This document shows positions 13,249-24,889 of a stretch of DNA of 64,000 nucleotides, in pieces; position 1 is the first letter of the stretch, and the number at the start of each line of letters is the position of its first letter. Source of the DNA: Eledone cirrhosa. Lineage: Eukaryota. The notes under the pieces are model-generated. The model saw only the letters and a program-made list of their open reading frames with translations. It did not search any database and had not been told where the DNA came from. The position numbers were made by a program, and so were the translations under genes. Where the stretch lies: positions 5,347 to 69,346 of the forward strand of contig CAXHJY010001324.1 of NCBI GenBank assembly GCA_964016885.1, read 5' to 3'.

Positions 13249-13624
13249 GGGGATTCCTTTCTTCGTTTCTGTGCCTTTCCTTTCTTCTATCCTACGACAT
13301 TTTGTTTCTGTGTGTGTGTTGTGTGCTCAGTTTGCGCATGTGCCACATCCGGGTGTCTGTTTGTGTTCATTTTTCTATTTTTCTATTTATATATATTTTT
13401 TTATTTTTTTATTTTTTTTTTTATTTTTTTTTATTATTTTTTTTTTTATAAATTAAAAAAAAAAATATATATATATATAAATAGAAAAATAGAAAAATGA
13501 ACACAAACACACACAGATACCCGGATGTGGCACATGCGCAAACTGAGCACACAACACACACACAGAAACAAAATGGCGTAGGATAGAAGAAAGGAAAGGC
13601 ACAGAAACGAAGAAAGGAATCCCC

Positions 13625-13669
13625 AGTCACTGAAGAGGTCACAGAGTGTGTGACGAAAGGACTATGACT
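13625..13669 (+). ncRNA. Minimal type I hammerhead ribozyme motif
   Basis: AGTCA-CTGAAGA-g-GTCAC/agagtgt/GTGAC-GAAA-GGAC-TA-TGACT. 5-bp stems I and II, minimal stem III. Confidence 0.8.
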
Positions 13670-13829
13670 ATATATATAAACAACTATCTGGTTGTGGAAC
13701 CAACCAACCAACCAGAAAATTATAAGTTTGTAGATTTGTAAATTTATAAATATATAATAAATTGAAGTGAAAGCAACTGGTGCGTGTGTTTCTTATTGGC
13801 AACATGACCCTCCCAAAGTATAACAATAT

Positions 13830-13986
13830 ATAAATATATATATATGTATATATATATGTATATAAATATATATATATATGTATATAAATATATATATATA
13901 TGTATATAAATATATATATATATGTATATAAATATATATATATATGTATATAAATATATATATATATGTATATAAATGTATATATG
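13830..13986. repeat. TA-derived compound microsatellite (TATAAATATATATATATATG)n
   Basis: Direct reading of the sequence. Confidence 0.9.
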
Positions 13987-15327
13987 TAACTTTGAATAAC
14001 TTTGAAATGTTTTGGCCAGTATTGGCCCAGGCCATGTCTAATTTAATAGCACCACCTGGCGAAGTCTTTCAATTCAGGATTTGGGCACCATGGCCCATTC
14101 GAGAAGAGAATTACTGTTTGCGGAGACATATCCGGGTGTGGGTGGTTTGTCCGGGATTACTTGGGGGAATTTGTCCAAAGACTTCTTGAATTTTGTGTGG
14201 TCAGTTTCTGTTTTGACGTGTCCTGGTGTGATGTTGAAGAGAGCAGGGCCAATTGAGGTGAAATAATTGTGCCGTATTGTTGTTATGAGTTGCGATTTAG
14301 ATTTTTGTATGGGACGGATAGCACGGGGCCCAAGCCTTGGGTGTATCTTGAAGGTGATGCCAACATCATTTGGGCAGTGATGATGGAACATTTTCCACAT
14401 CATGCAGATAATATAACGCTCACGGCGACGTTGAAGTGAGTAAAGTTTCAGCTTTTCTATTCGACCCCAGTAGTCAAGGTCTGACATGCCATCTATCTTT
14501 TTCGTGATTGCCCTTTGAGGAGCTTCAAGTTTCATGATACTTTGTTTCGTGTGGCGAGACCACAGTGGACAACAGTATTCAAGGTGTGGTCGGGCAAAAG
14601 TAGAGAAGAGAAGGATAATGGTGTGGGAATCTCTCGACTGGAAGGTTCTGAGGATCCAGGAACACATTCTGCGGGCCATGTCAACTTTGCTGCTTATATG
14701 CGTGGCCCAGCTTATGTTGCTGTCCACGGTTACTCCCAAGTCTCTGATGTTGTTAGATGCCACGAGAGTTTCCCCGGGTTGGGTTCTGTTTGACAGGAAG
14801 CTCTTGATCCACTGCAGCAGCTTTCCAGTGACACCAATATTGGACAGTTTTCTCAGTAGAATGTTATGATCAACCCTGTCAAAGGCCTTGCTGAAATCAA
14901 GGTAGATAACATCAGTGTTGGAACCCTCTCCCAAGGCTCTCAAAATGTCATCAAAGTGATGCAGTAGCTGCGTCAGGCAATCTCTTCCATTACGGAATCC
15001 ATGCTGGTTGGAGTTCAGCATATTGTTACTCTCAAGGAAGTGGGTCATTCGCGATCTCACCACTCTCTCAAATACCTTAATGATATGAGAGGTGAGTGAG
15101 ATTGGACGGTAATTCACGGCAAGGGATTTGTTTCCCTTTTTTGAAAACTGGGACAACAGACTGGGATAGAAGGTTTTCTGGCACATATCCAGCATCCAGT
15201 GAGTTCCGCCACAGATTGGCAAGAGGAGATGCAAGTTGGTGTTGACACGCCTTCAAGACACAAGCAGGGAACCTATCGGGACCTACTGCTGAATTATGCT
15301 TGATTGCCTTTATTGCCGCTAAGACAT
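13987..15327 (-). mobile_element. CR1/L2-group LINE copy 1, 5'-truncated with an internal deletion
   Basis: Near-identical to copies 2 and 3. 3' end is (TTCAAAGTTA)x2. Confidence 0.95.
14074..15234 (-). pseudogene. Non-LTR reverse transcriptase pseudogene
   Basis: [13 protein letters not shown] and YLDFSKAFD are present. A 324-bp deletion relative to copy 3 removes GVPQG and FADD (NRTQ|PGETL junction). Frameshift near 15140. Confidence 0.9.
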
Positions 15328-15755
15328 AGATACATGTATATAGATATATGTATATATATATAGATATATGTATATATATATAGATATATGTATATAGATA
15401 TATGTATATAGATATATGTATATAGATATATGTATATAGATATATGTATATAGATATATGTATATAGATATATGTATATAGATATATGTATATAGATATA
15501 TGTATATAGATATATGTATATAGATATATCTATATAGATATATCTATATAGATATATCTATATAGATATATCTATATAGATATATGTATATAGATATATG
15601 TATATAGATATATGTATATATGTATATGTATATAGATATATGTATATATGTATATAGATATATGTATATAGATATATGTATATATGTATATATATATAGA
15701 TATATGTATATAGATATATGTATATGTATATAGATATATGTATATAGATATATGT
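15328..15755. repeat. (TATAGATATATGTA)n 14-bp minisatellite
   Basis: Direct reading. Separates the 5' ends of LINE copies 1 and 2. Confidence 0.9.
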
Positions 15756-17293
15756 ATAATTCAGCAGTAGGTCCCGATAGGTTCCCTGCTTGTGTCTTGA
15801 AGGCGTGTCAACACCAACTTGCTTCTCCTCTTGCCAATCTGTGGCGGAACTCACTGGATGCTGGATATGTGCCAGAAAACCTTCTATCCCAGTCTGTTGT
15901 CCCAGTTTTCAAAAAGGGAAACAAATCCCTTGCCGTGAATTACCGTCCAATCTCACTCACCTCTCATATCATTAAGGTATTTGAGCGAGTGGTGAGATCG
16001 CGAATGACCCACTTCCTTGAGAGTAACAATATGCTGAACTCCAACCAGCATGGATTCCGTAATGGAAGGGATTGCCTGACGCAACTACTGCATCACTTTG
16101 ATGACATTTTGAGAGCCTTGGGAGAGGGTTCCAACACTGATGTTATCTACCTTGATTTCATCAAGGCCTTTGACACGGTTGATCATAACATTCTACTGAG
16201 AAAGCTGTCCAATATTGGTGTCACTGGAAAGCTGCTGCAGTGGATCAAGAGCTTCCTGTCAAACAGAACCCAACATGTTGTAGTTGAGGGAGTCAAATCA
16301 AGCCCAGCCAAAGTCAGCAGTGGAGTCCCACAAGGCACTGTGTTGGGCCCACTTCTCTTCATCATCTATATTAATGACATCACTGACATCATCAAACACA
16401 GCAACATTAAAATTTTCGCTGATGATTCCAAGCTCCAAAAGGTCATCAATGGCGTGGATGACCGGATAAGCCTTCAGTCAGACCTACTGGCTGTTACCCA
16501 ATGGGCAGAAAAGAACAACATGTTACTGAATGAAGACAAATTCGAACTGATCCACTTTGGAAAAGAGGATGCTCTGAAACTCCCGTACTCCGGGGAAACT
16601 CTCGTGGCATCTAACAACATCAGAGACTTGGGAGTAACCGTGGACAGCAACATAAGCTGGACCACGCATATAAGCAGCAAAGTTGACATGGCCCGCAGAA
16701 TGTGTTCCTGGATCCTCAGAACCTTCCAGTCGAGAGATTCCCGCACCATTATCCTTCTCTTCTCTACTTTCGCCCGACCACACCTTGAATACTGTTGTCC
16801 ACTGTGGTCTCCCCACACGAAACAAAGTATCATGAAACTTGTAGCTCCTCAAAGGGCAATCACGAAAAAGATAGATGGCATGTCAGACCTTGACTACTGG
16901 GGTCGATTGGAAAACCTGAAACTTTACTCACTCCAACGTCGCCGTGAGCGTTATATTATCTGCATGATGTGGAAAATGTTCCATCATCACTGCCCAAATG
17001 ATGTTGGCATCGCCTTCAAGATACACCCAAGGCTTGGGCCCCGTGCTATCCGCCCCATTCAAAAATCTAAATCGCAACTCATAACAACAATACGGCACAA
17101 TTATTTCACCTCAATCGGCCCTGCTCTCTTCAACATCACACCAGGACACGTCAAAACAGAAACTGACCACACAAAATTCAAGAAGTCTTTGGACAAATTC
17201 CTCCAAGTAATCCCGGACAAACCACCCACACCCGGATATGTCTCCGCAAACAGTAATTCTCTTCTCGAATGGGCCATGGTGCCCAAATCCTGA
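15752..17293 (+). CDS. Non-LTR retrotransposon ORF2 fragment: RT domain plus C-terminus, 513 aa (endonuclease missing)
   Basis: [11 protein letters not shown], LDFx[42 protein letters not shown]. The start ATG is supplied by the flanking microsatellite. Confidence 0.9.
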   Translation: MYNSAVGPDRFPACVLKACQHQLASPLANLWRNSLDAGYVPENLLSQSVVPVFKKGNKSLAVNYRPISLTSHIIKVFERVVRSRMTHFLESNNMLNSNQHGFRNGRDCLTQLLHHFDDILRALGEGSNTDVIYLDFIKAFDTVDHNILLRKLSNIGVTGKLLQWIKSFLSNRTQHVVVEGVKSSPAKVSSGVPQGTVLGPLLFIIYINDITDIIKHSNIKIFADDSKLQKVINGVDDRISLQSDLLAVTQWAEKNNMLLNEDKFELIHFGKEDALKLPYSGETLVASNNIRDLGVTVDSNISWTTHISSKVDMARRMCSWILRTFQSRDSRTIILLFSTFARPHLEYCCPLWSPHTKQSIMKLVAPQRAITKKIDGMSDLDYWGRLENLKLYSLQRRRERYIICMMWKMFHHHCPNDVGIAFKIHPRLGPRAIRPIQKSKSQLITTIRHNYFTSIGPALFNITPGHVKTETDHTKFKKSLDKFLQVIPDKPPTPGYVSANSNSLLEWAMVPKS

Positions 17294-17380
17294 ATTGAAA
17301 GACTTCGCCAGGTGGTGCTATTAAGTTAGACATGGCCTGGGCCAATACTGGCCAAAACATTTCAAAGTTATTCAAAGTTA
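15756..17380 (+). mobile_element. CR1/L2-group LINE copy 2, 5'-truncated
   Basis: Inverted relative to copies 1 and 3. Ends TTCAAAGTTATTCAAAGTTA running into (TA)n. Confidence 0.95.
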
Positions 17381-17520
17381 TATATAGATATATGTATATA
17401 TATGTATATGTAGATATATGTATATATATGTATATGTATATATATGTATATGTAGATATATGTATATATATGTATATGTATATATGTAGATATATGTATA
17501 TATATGTATACATATGTAGA

Positions 17521-17556
<36 letters not shown>
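17381..17556. repeat. TA/TG/AG compound microsatellite
   Basis: Direct reading of the sequence. Confidence 0.85.
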
Positions 17557-17593
17557 GAAGGATTTAAATGGATACAGTTTAGTTAAAAGGAAT

Positions 17594-17714
17594 TTATTGA
17601 CACGTGTTTCAATAACAGTTACAAAACCTGAAAACAGCTGCTATCTACAAAGTATTCGTTATGCAGACATTCAATATTTCAATGTTATTATCAACTGTCA
17701 TTTCATCAGAATAA
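17594..17714 (-). ncRNA. Type I hammerhead ribozyme motif with a large stem II insertion
   Basis: Inverted copy of 18209-18329 with an intact core. Confidence 0.8.
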
Positions 17715-18208
17715 TTTTACTGTCTATACGTGTGTATATAAAGATAAGTTGAGTATGAAAATGTATACACATGAATGCGTATGTATGTACATGTATATAT
17801 GTATATATATATATATGTGCATGTGTATATGTATGTAAGTATGAGCATGTAAGTATGTGTATGTGAGTATATGTATTTTGTAGAGGTGTGCATATATGTT
17901 TGTGTGTGAATGCTTGGGCGAAAGGATACGTACACTTGAAAGAAAAATTTAAGTTTGAATGTTAATTAAGTGCAAACACAAAACCAACCATGCATATCTA
18001 TACTATCTCTAATCCTTCTATAGATTTAGAAAAATAACCAATAATATACTCTATTAAAAATGTCAAAACAACAGATGGGAATCTAATTACTCACTGCCAC
18101 CAAAAATTCTCACTGCTATCAAAAATCCACTCCCTCAACTATTATTCTAACAACTTCACCCCTCCCTCCTAATATTCTCTATAAAAACCAAACAGGTCCT
18201 CAGTAAAA

Positions 18209-18329
18209 TTATTCTGATGAAATGACAGTTGATAATAACATTGAAATATTGAATGTCTGCATAACTAATACTTTGTATATAGCAGCTGTTTTCAGGTTAT
18301 GTAACTGTTATTGAAACACGTGTCAATAA
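18209..18329 (+). ncRNA. Type I hammerhead ribozyme motif with a large stem II insertion
   Basis: TTATT-CTGATGA-AATGACAGTT..(about 72 nt)..AACTGTTATT-GAAA-CACGTG-TC-AATAA. GUC site and palindromic stem III; AATAAA overlaps stem I. Confidence 0.85.
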
Positions 18330-18476
18330 ATTCCTTTTAACTCAACTGTATCCATTTAAATCCTTCTATTTTTCTCCGGATTACTTTTGGAACTACAACA
18401 GGAACCGTCGAGCAAACTCTACGTGAGCTGTCCATCTACTGTGTATAATATTTATATTACAACACTACGGAAAATA

Positions 18477-18518
18477 CTATATGCATATGTATATGTATAT
18501 ATGTATATGTATATAAAT

Positions 18519-18555
<37 letters not shown>

Positions 18556-18654
18556 AATATATATATATATAAATATATATATATATAAATATATATATAT
18601 ATAAATATATATATATATAAATATATATATATATAAATATATATATATATAAAT

Positions 18655-18712
<58 letters not shown>

Positions 18713-18720
18713 GTATATAA

Positions 18721-18799
<79 letters not shown>

Positions 18800-19815
18800 A
18801 ATATATATATGTATATATGTATATATATATATGTATATAAATATATATATATGTATATATGTATATAAATATATATATATGTATATATGTATATAAATAT
18901 ATATATATGTATATATGTATATAAATATATATATATGTATATATGTATATAAATATATATATATGTATATATGTATATAAATATATATATATGTATATAT
19001 GTATATAAATATGTATATATGTACATAAATGTATATATGTATATATGTACATAAATATATATATATATATATGTATATATGTATATAAATATGTATATAT
19101 GTATATAAATATATATGTATATAAATATGTATATATGTATATATGTATATATGTATATATGTATATAAATATATATGTATATATGTATATAAATATATAT
19201 GTATATAAATATATATGTATATATGTATATAAATATATATGTATATATGTATATAAATATATATGTATATATGTATATAAATATATATGTATATATGTAT
19301 ATAAATATATATGTATATATGTATATAAATATATATGTATATATGTATATATGTATATATGTATATAAATATATATGTATATATGTATATAAATATATAT
19401 GTATATATGTATATAAATATATATGTATATATGTATATAAATATATATGTATATATGTATATAAATATATATGTATATATGTATATAAATATATATGTAT
19501 ATATGTATATAAATATATATGTATATATGTATATAAATATGTATGTATATATGTATATAAATATGTATGTATATATAAATATGTATGTATATATGTATAT
19601 AAATATATATGTATATAGATATATATATATATGTATATATGTATATAGATATATATATATATGTATATAGATATATGTATATGTATATAGATATATGTAT
19701 ATATGTATATATATGTATATGTGTATATGTATATGTGTATATGTATATAGATATATGTATATAGATATATGTATATGTATATAGATATATGTATATATGT
19801 ATATATATGTATATG

Positions 19816-19846
<31 letters not shown>

Positions 19847-19873
19847 ATGTATATGTATATATGTATATGTATA
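18477..19873. repeat. 1.4-kb TA-derived compound micro/minisatellite
   Basis: (TATAAATATATATGTATATATG)n and variants. Confidence 0.95.
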
Positions 19874-21701
19874 TAACTTTGAATAACTTTGAAATGTTTT
19901 GGCCAGTATTGGCCCAGGCCATGTCTAACTTAATAGCACCACCTGGCGAAGTCTTTCAATTCAGGATTTGGGCACCATGGCCCATTCGAGAAGAGAATTA
20001 CTGTTTGCGGAGACATATCCGGGTGTGGGTGGTTTGTCCGGGATTACTTGGAGGAATTTGTCCAAAGACTTCTTGAATTTTGTGTGGTCAGTTTCTGTTT
20101 TGACGTGTCCTGGTGTGATGTTGAAGAGAGCAGGGCCGATTGAGGTGAAATAATTGTGCCGTATTGTTGTTATGAGTTGCGATTTAGATTTTTGAATGGG
20201 ACGGATAGCACGGGGCCCAAGCCTTGGGTGTATCTTGAAGGCGATGCCAACATCATTTGGGCAGTGATGATGGAACATTTTCCACATCATGCAGATAATA
20301 TAACGCTCACGGCGACGTTGGAGTGAGTAAAGTTTCAGGTTTTCCAATCGACCCCAGTAGTCAAGGTCTGACATGCCATCTATCTTTTTCGTGATTGCCC
20401 TTTGAGGAGCTTCAAGTTTCATGATACTTTGTTTCGTGTGGGGAGACCACAGTGGACAACAGTATTCAAGGTGTGGTCGGGCGAAAGTAGAGAAGAGAAG
20501 GATAATGGTGCGGGAATCTCTCGACTGGAAGGTTCTGAGGATCCAGGAACACATTCTGCGGGCCATGTCAACTTTGCTGCTTATATGCGTGGTCCAGCTT
20601 ATGTTGCTGTCCACGGTTACTCCCAAGTCTCTGATGTTGTTAGATGCCACGAGAGTTTCCCCGGAGGGAAGGGAGTACGGGAGTTTCAGAGCATCCTCTT
20701 TTCCAAAGTGGATCAGTTCGAATTTGTCTTCGTTCAGTAACATGTTGTTCTTTTCTGCCCATTGGGTAACAGCCAGTAGGTCTGACTGAAGGCTTATCCG
20801 GTCATCCACGCCATTGATGACCTTTTGGAGCTTGGAATCATCAGCGAAAATTTTAATGTTGCTGTGTTTGATGATGTCAGTGATGTCATTAATATAGATG
20901 ATGAAGAGAAGTGGGCCCAACACAGTGCCTTGTGGGACTCCACTACTGACTTTGGCTGGGCTTGATTTGACTCCATCAACTACAACATGTTGGGTTCTGT
21001 TTGACAGGAAGCTCTTGATCCACTGCAGCAGCTTTCCAGTGACACCAATATTGGACAGCTTTCTCAGTAGAATGTTATGATCAACCCTGTCAAAGGCCTT
21101 GCTGAAATCAAGGTAGATAACATCAGTGTTGGAACCTTCTCCCAAGGCTCTCAAAATGTCATCAAAGTGATGCAGTAGTTGCGTCAGGCAATCCCTTCCA
21201 TTACGGAATCCATGCTGGCTGGAGTTCAGGATATTGTTACTCTCAAGGAAGTGGGTCATTCGCGATCTCACCACTCGCTCAAATACCTTAATGATATGAG
21301 AGGTGAGTGAGATTGGACGGTAATTCACGGCAAGGGATTTGTTTCCCTTTTTGAAAACTGGGACAACAGACTGGGATAGAAGGTTTTCTGGCACATATCC
21401 AGCATCCAGTGAGTTCCGCCACAGATTGGCAAGAGGAGAAGCAAGTTGGTGTTGACACGCCTTCAAGACACAAGCAGGGAACCTATCGGGACCTACTGCT
21501 GAATTATGCTTGATTTCCTTTATTGCCGCCAAGACATCAGGGGCGCCAAACGTTATGTCCGATAAGGTGTAATGGGGAGTAACATCGCCGATACAGCCCA
21601 GATCGGCCATATCAGGATTGCTGAAAACAGAGCAGTATTGTTTCTGCAGTATCTCACCCATGGTTTTAGCATTGTCTTGAAGAGTGCCATTTTCATCAAT
21701 T
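19874..21701 (-). mobile_element. CR1/L2-group LINE copy 3, 5'-truncated (longest copy)
   Basis: The reading frame stays open to the junction (IDENGTLQDNAKTMGE..). 3' end is (TTCAAAGTTA)x2. Confidence 0.95.
19961..21661 (-). CDS. Non-LTR retrotransposon ORF2 fragment: intact RT domain plus C-terminus, 566 aa
   Basis: All RT motifs are uninterrupted (YLDFSKAFD, GVPQG, FADD). No APE domain because of the 5' truncation. Confidence 0.92.
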   Translation of the reverse strand: MGEILQKQYCSVFSNPDMADLGCIGDVTPHYTLSDITFGAPDVLAAIKEIKHNSAVGPDRFPACVLKACQHQLASPLANLWRNSLDAGYVPENLLSQSVVPVFKKGNKSLAVNYRPISLTSHIIKVFERVVRSRMTHFLESNNILNSSQHGFRNGRDCLTQLLHHFDDILRALGEGSNTDVIYLDFSKAFDRVDHNILLRKLSNIGVTGKLLQWIKSFLSNRTQHVVVDGVKSSPAKVSSGVPQGTVLGPLLFIIYINDITDIIKHSNIKIFADDSKLQKVINGVDDRISLQSDLLAVTQWAEKNNMLLNEDKFELIHFGKEDALKLPYSLPSGETLVASNNIRDLGVTVDSNISWTTHISSKVDMARRMCSWILRTFQSRDSRTIILLFSTFARPHLEYCCPLWSPHTKQSIMKLEAPQRAITKKIDGMSDLDYWGRLENLKLYSLQRRRERYIICMMWKMFHHHCPNDVGIAFKIHPRLGPRAIRPIQKSKSQLITTIRHNYFTSIGPALFNITPGHVKTETDHTKFKKSLDKFLQVIPDKPPTPGYVSANSNSLLEWAMVPKS

Positions 21702-22135
21702 AGATATGTATATGTATATTATATACATATACAATTAGAATGTATATAGATATATGTATATAGATATATGTATATAGATATATGTATATAGATATATGTA
21801 TATAGATATATGTATATAGATATATGTATATAGATATATGTATATAGATATATGTATATAGATATATGTATATAGATATATGTATATAGATATATGTATA
21901 TAGATATATGTATATAGATATATGTATATAGATATATGTATGTATATAGATATATGTATGTATATAGATATATGTATGTATATAGATATATATATGTATA
22001 TCGATATATATATGTATATAGATATATATATATGTATATAGATATATATATATATATGTATATAGATATATATATATATATGTATATAGATATATATATA
22101 TATATGTATATAGATATATATATATATGTATATAG

Positions 22136-22166
<31 letters not shown>

Positions 22167-22180
22167 TATATGTATATAGA
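21702..22180. repeat. (TATAGATATATGTA)n 14-bp minisatellite grading into (TA)n
   Basis: Same unit as 15328-15755. Confidence 0.9.
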
Positions 22181-22431
22181 TTACACTAATCTAAATATAG
22201 CAGGGTGAACGCTGTGGGATTTTAAGTATTTACATGCATATACAATGTTACTGTTAGGGACCAATGTCAGAACATTTTACTAATAGTTTCAGATAGTCGA
22301 CAATAATAGAAGTAAAGTCAATACAATTATAATTATGTCCTAAATGTGCTTATAATTTCAGACTAATTATTCCTATGTTGTTCTCCAAACCACAGGGATA
22401 AACAGTGAAAGTTGTTCGGTTACAATTATAA

Positions 22432-22490
22432 AAATACCGTTTTCCCTATAGTCATATATATATATATATGACTATAGGGAAAACGGTAAT
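22432..22490. repeat. Short palindrome centred on (TA)n
   Basis: TACCGTTTTCCCTATAGTCA-(TA)n-TGACTATAGGGAAAACGGTA. Confidence 0.85.
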
Positions 22491-22602
22491 TTTATTTATG
22501 GTCTTTAAAGCGATGAAACACCAATGATGGTTGGAAGATCACTGATGAAGGACTAACTTTATTCATATGTAACCCATTAGCAACCCAGCAGCACGTTTTT
22601 CT

Positions 22603-22635
<33 letters not shown>

Positions 22636-22676
22636 GCACATGCACGATGCTCTAGCGTATCACCAGCTAACATTAA

Positions 22677-22868
22677 GGGCGGTGGATTGGCAGTATCAGT
22701 AGAGGGTCGGACGCCATGCTTTGCAGCATAGAGTTACGGCCCTTGCCATTCTGAGTTCAAATCCCGCCGAGGTTAACTTTGCCTTTCATCCTTACGGGAT
22801 CGATAAAATAAAGTACCAGTAATGTACTGGGTCATTGCTGGCCTTGTGCCAAAAGTAGAAACAATTAT
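22677..22868 (+). mobile_element. SINE family A, full copy
   Basis: GGGCGGTGGATTGGCAG head, B box, core, and GTAGAAACAATTAT tail. Confidence 0.9.
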
Positions 22869-22882
22869 ATTTGTATACCCAA

Positions 22883-23088
22883 GGGCGGTGAATTGGCAGA
22901 TTCTGTAGAGCGTCGGACGACATGGCTTGCTGCATACTTAAGAGACTTTACGTTCTGAGTTCAATTCTCGCCGAGGTTAGCGTTGCCTTTCATCCTCACG
23001 AGGTCGATAAAATTAAATACCAGTAACGCACTGGGGTCGAATTTCCCATCCACCAAAATTGTTGGCCTTGTGCCTAAATGAAAAACCA
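22883..23088 (+). mobile_element. SINE family A, second tandem copy (longer-tail subfamily)
   Basis: Same head and core with an extra GGGGTCGA..AAAATTG segment. Confidence 0.85.
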
Positions 23089-23163
23089 GTATTATTATTA
23101 TTATTACAATCATTACAGATGAATAATATACTCCCACTGAATAATATATATACATACATATAT

Positions 23164-23364
23164 AGGAAAAGAGTCAGAATCCCGACGGCAGAGCTCAAGC
23201 CGTTTCGACAGCTATTTCTGGACTGTCCAGAAATAGCTGTCGAAACGGCTTGAGCTCTGCCGTCGGGGTTCTGACTCCTTTTCTATTACCCACTCTACTA
23301 GCCAAAGTATCGAGCACTCTGTTGCGTTATGGTCCACCTGGTTCCTTACCACACTTCCTTCGTT
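23164..23364 (+). mobile_element. Hairpin element in microsatellite (family shared with 49241-49437)
   Basis: About 60-bp arms centred at about 23224, carrying the GAAA-CGGC..GCCG-TC hammerhead 3' half. Tail has GAGCACTCT (23312-23320). Confidence 0.8.
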
Positions 23365-23490
23365 ACACACACACACACCCATCCACACCACACCACACCA
23401 CACCACACCACACCACACCACACCACACCACACCACACCACACCACACCACACCACACCACACCACACCACACCACACCACACCACACCT
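23365..23490. repeat. (CA)n/(CACCA)n microsatellite
   Basis: Direct reading of the sequence. Confidence 0.95.
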
Positions 23491-24889
23491 ACATACACCT
23501 ACATACACTCTATGAAAATAAGGTTGAAATATTTCTTTAGATTTTCTTAGCTCCTTACTTTGTTTTAAACTATATGCCTAAGGCTATTCAGGATCATAAA
23601 CAGCACCCGACTTACAGCTTGTAAAATTAAATGTGTGTAAGTTCCAAAGTCTAGACGACTGTTTACATGATATTCTGCTTAAGGTCACACTTTTTTGTTT
23701 CTATATTTATTTCCTTATATTTATCCAGAATATATTGAATTCATGTGATTTTATATATTTTAAGCATTAATAAACTCAGGTAAGATTGGGTACTGCTGCT
23801 AGTAATCAATATTGGATTGTACTGAATCATCTCATTCAATCTTTTGATTACATTGATTTCTCTATTGCTGGCTAATCTCTGTATTTCAACGTTTACAGAT
23901 TTTCGCCAAATTTAGAAATCATTGACTTTGATTTAATTCTCAGAGATGAAAGTTATAAAACAAAGAAGACGTACCTCAACATATGTTTCTTGATTAAATT
24001 CTCCCATAAATATATCTATCTACAAGAGTATATGACCTTAGAATGAACTCGTACGAACTATTAAAAGCACAAATAATCATAACGTAAATGGAAGGAATAA
24101 TTTTGTGAAGCCATTTATCTTTAATATTTCAAACATAAATTTTGGAGAATATCCACTTCGTTACTACTTATATATTCATAGACCTTTGCAGCTGCTTTCC
24201 TTTGGTGGAGATGTCTCAATTTCTGGTTTAAGTGGGTGTATTTTGAATTTTACATCATTACTGTGGTCGCTAGGCTCACCATTAAGCAGGCGTATGATAC
24301 AAACCTTTCCAGCCATGAACATTCCACCGTTTTCTCAGACTTACTGTATATATATGATTGCGTTATCATACGTTTTTTGTTTATGTTGATGATACTACGC
24401 CGTGATCTCACGTAGATTTGACTACTATTTCGAGCAAATTAATTGACGACGACCAGCACACCCTTGTTGGCTTGTTCAGTTTTAGTTGCAGATATTTCTC
24501 TCTTGAGCAATTAAGATATCCCGTCCCCTCCGTTCCCGAACTGTCGGTATCGCTGGCTGTTTTCAGGGGCAACTCCTTTAACATTTTGTGAAAGGCTGTA
24601 GTGTTCTCTCCCTCTCCAATACCATTCTCCTATTTTTCTCTCACGTGTGTGCATGTGTTTGAATGTGTATTTTCAATTTCATGTCATCATGTTTGTTCAG
24701 CGCCAGGATTACATTATCATTAAATCGTTCTATCTTTGGTAGTAATTTGAGGGAGATTCGTTTACCATACCCTCTTTCCCCTCATATATATATGCATGTA
24801 ATTTATATGTACATATAAATATATATGGACACACACACACATATATAAGTATGTAAATATAATATCCATGTTTATGTTCAGTTTGTTTA

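Larger units (their letters stand above)
12980..13829. mobile_element. Large palindromic hammerhead-bearing element (about 365-bp arms)
   Basis: Arms about 13036-13403/13455-13829 around a T-rich spacer. Flanked by (TA)n-type repeats. Confidence 0.85.
17555..18450. mobile_element. Inverted-repeat hammerhead-bearing element with a spacer of about 480 bp
   Basis: Arms about 17555-17722/18201-18368, unique tail to about 18450, (TA)n flanks. Confidence 0.8.

Noticed and set aside
14081-14869. Short antisense ORFs repeated three times
   Set aside because: Shadow frames of the LINE RT copies.
18457-19922. Long YI/HT-rich ORFs (also 39018-40310, 54282-54733, 62136-62635)
   Set aside because: These are translations of microsatellites that lack stop codons, not genes.
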